NCBI RefSeq assembly: GCF_009834535.1 | Contig: NC_045696.1 | Coordinates: forward strand, 6,760,001 to 6,824,000 | Length of the DNA stretch: 64,000 nucleotides | DNA from: Camelus ferus | Taxonomy: Eukaryota | Direction: 5' to 3' | In this document: positions 61,446 to 64,000 of the stretch, one piece after another | Layout: each line of letters starts with the position of its first letter | Position numbering within the stretch: position 1 is the stretch's first letter | The notes under the pieces: model-generated | Databases searched by the model: none | Told to the model about the DNA's origin: nothing | Seen by the model: the letters and a program-made list of their open reading frames with translations, nothing else | Translations under genes and position numbers: made by a program

Positions 61446-62814
61446 GCTTGGACACCGAGAGGCATGATTCTTTGGGGGTCATTAGTGGGACAACCTGGCA
61501 TAGGCATATAGAACTTGAGGTCCAAGCAGAATGGACAATCCAAGTAAACTGCACAAGACAGTTGACTAGATTTCCGTGTTCCCTGATCCTACTTCTCTCC
61601 CTCTTCTCCATCAACACATGTTTATGGCTTAAAAGGAAATTTCTTGTGACCTGTTAAAAAAGAAAGAAAAAATCAAGAAAAGGAGAAGTTATCCCAGGGG
61701 ATCAAAAGTGAGAAATAAGCTAAAGACACAAGAGTTAGTGTCAATGGCTTCAATGTAGTAAAACAGAGCAGCTGACCCAGGAGTTGGAAAGTGGGAACAA
61801 ATCAACATGTTTAGGTGGTAAAGGCAGCCCAGTGTGTTTTGAAAAGGGGCCAGCAAATCTCTAAGGTGAGTGATTTCCAAGTTCTATATAGTCTGCGGTT
61901 CTATCATCTTTATATTGGCTTTTTTCCCTCTGTTCTCCTTCCTGACACTTAGAGGGTTTTGTGTCCCCAAATAAATACAAGTAGTGATAACCACGAGGGG
62001 ACTTGAGGCTGCAAATTAGATCTGTTCTTTGTCTGCCACAAGCAATCAATTTCATGGATCTCAGTGTTAAATTGCAACCTCACTATACTTTCCAGGCTGG
62101 GAAGCTTATTTCCCTTGTAGACTCTGGAACTTTTTGACTCTGTATTCCATTTCTTCCACTTTAGTTCAAAAGAAAAAAAAAAAATTTCAGGAAAGAGCTA
62201 ACTAAATAAATCACTGAGTTTTGAGAATTCCTACAGCGAAGGAAAGTGAACCCATTGTCTATGGTTACCAAAGCCTCCTATGAGCCTACAACAAGGTGAT
62301 TCTTACCACTATCTATTTTCAAGAAAGAGAGAAGCAGACTTCCTTGTGTTGTAATTAGAGGGTTGTATAACATTTACTGAATATTTACTACTCTCTAGAC
62401 CTCTTCCCTTTCAGACTAAAGATAAAGCAGTTAATGCCAGAGCCTTGGGTTCCTCCTGTTCTGCAGAGGGGCATCCTGACTTCTGCCCTGCTATTAAATC
62501 CCTTTCTGAACAATAACCACTGTGCCCCGTTCCTGAGTCAGGGAACCAGACGTGGGCAGGAAGAGTTGCTAGGTACTAACAGACTATGTCCAGCACTACA
62601 TCCTCCCGGTCACAGTAATTGATTCAGGGATTGGGCTCACTGACTAGTCAGAGACAATAGGAAGCATATTCAGCATCTTATTAGAGCCTGAAGGGGAATT
62701 TGAAATGGGGTTGAAGTCCCAGTGGACTTGAAACGGGGTGGACAGAAATCTGGAGCCACTAGAAAACACATGATCCTGAGTTTGCTTAATCATAAAAGTG
62801 ATAAGTATCATCCA

Positions 62815-63460
62815 TTAATAAGTATCTGACATTTATTAAGCAGTTACTCTATTCCAGACCCTGTGCTCCACTTTTTATATGGATTATGTCATATAGTAGT
62901 GACAGGAACTACATGCAGTAGGTAATGTTACCATCACCATTTGCAGTAAACATGGAGATGTGTCACCAAGATCCCCCTTCAAGAAAGGACTTGGCCTTCC
63001 TGCCATAGGCTGTCAGCAGATAGCTTTTAGCCATCAAATGGAGAGTGCCTAGACCGCACACCTGAGAAGCGATCAGGCAGGGGCTCTTTTGACTCAATGC
63101 AAGAGAACTCTAATGGTCCATTTTAGCTTCAAAGCTCCCTGTGGGATCAGCCAAGGCTGGCATCAGCACTGATCCCCCCTCTGCCCACTCACACTTCCTT
63201 TCTCTCCCTTCCACAGATGTTGATCCCATGGACATAACATCCCTTAGAAATGTCTCTAATAAACATCCAGCACACTTGATTCCATCTCAGAGTCTGCTTC
63301 CCCAAAAACACACCTGCAACATCATTTTACAGATAAAATAACAAAGCAGGAGACCCCCAGGTAAACCCAGATCTTGGCATGGACACTGGGGCTTAGGTGT
63401 ATGAATCTTGCTTAAGATCACCAAGGCTGATCTGGAATTTGAAATTGAACTCTGTACTGT
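62815..63460 (-). mobile_element. MIR split by an LTR16-like insertion
   Basis: 'gacatttattaagcagttactctattccagaccctgtgct...gtaggtaatgttaccatcaccat' continues after 63321 as 'tcattttacagata...ttgcttaagatcacc'. Confidence 0.65.
62942..63321 (+). mobile_element. ERVL solo LTR (LTR16C-like)
   Basis: 'ccaagatcccccttcaag...ctccctgtgggatcagccaaggctg...cccttccacagatgttgatccc...ctaataaacatcc...catctcagagtctgcttccc...cctgcaaca'. TSD-like ccatt / tcatt. Confidence 0.85.
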
Positions 63461-64000
63461 ATCTCTAGGAAGGAAGGCTGATAAGGCTCCTTTGGGAGAG
63501 CTGAGGAAGCCTGAGAATTTTGGACAAAACCTCTATCTCTACTGAAAGCAAACAAAGTCTGGACCATTAACTACTGCCTGGTGTGCAGGGTGAAGATAGG
63601 AGATGACCCAGACAGGCGCAGTTCCACACAGAAGAAGGAACTCCATTTCAGTCTCTCCAACTCACAGTCTCCATTAAAAATGCCAGTAAGAAACAAAGAA
63701 TCTGGACATCCTAGCAAATGGTTAATAATGCAGAAAGAGCATCTTATAAATTCAATTCCTTTGTTTAAGCCTTCAGTGTTTCCGCTGTGCAGATTTCATG
63801 TTAATTAAAATTATTTCCAGGAAGAGGTACAAGAAGACTAATTTATGCAATTGTTTGTAATCATCACCTCCTGTGGCCTTTTGAAATATTATATCTGAAG
63901 TTATTATGATTTTTTAAATTGCATTTTGATGGATTCCTTGGAGGGTACACCATGATTAAAAAGAATAATACCTTCCAAATGATGAACTAATAAAGCATTC

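Noticed and set aside
1..64000. CRISPR arrays, operons or prokaryotic defence-type systems
   Set aside because: The sequence is mammalian repeat-rich DNA, with no regularly spaced repeats or gene-dense coding structure.

Overview
This is eutherian mammal genomic DNA, most likely a camelid (alpaca/llama/camel), judged from two short tRNA-derived SINEs of the camelid vic-1 type and artiodactyl-type L1 3' ends and LTR. I find no credible host protein-coding exon, RNA gene or CRISPR array; the window looks intergenic or deep intronic. Roughly half is recognisable repeat: L1 fragments of several ages, L2, MIR, MaLR/ERVL/ERV1 solo LTRs, hAT (MER58/MER5) relics and microsatellites. Many carry readable target-site duplications (TSDs), and a deeply nested L1/LTR cluster spans about 49.2-57.5 kb. 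The only ORFs with recognisable protein content are decayed L1 ORF2 pieces. Family names come from my memory of consensus sequences and need RepeatMasker/Dfam confirmation. I see no evidence of a new multi-gene system. The most unusual signal is a ~39-bp segment inside a solo LTR (56769-56807) that matches unique sequence 1.6 kb downstream. The match starts at a strong splice acceptor, and the copy sits just after a splice donor in the LTR, so it could be a fossil RNA-templated insertion. Other points of interest are a foldback inverted duplication in an L1, a twin-primed L1, a pre-miRNA-like hairpin and several candidate cis-regulatory islands.
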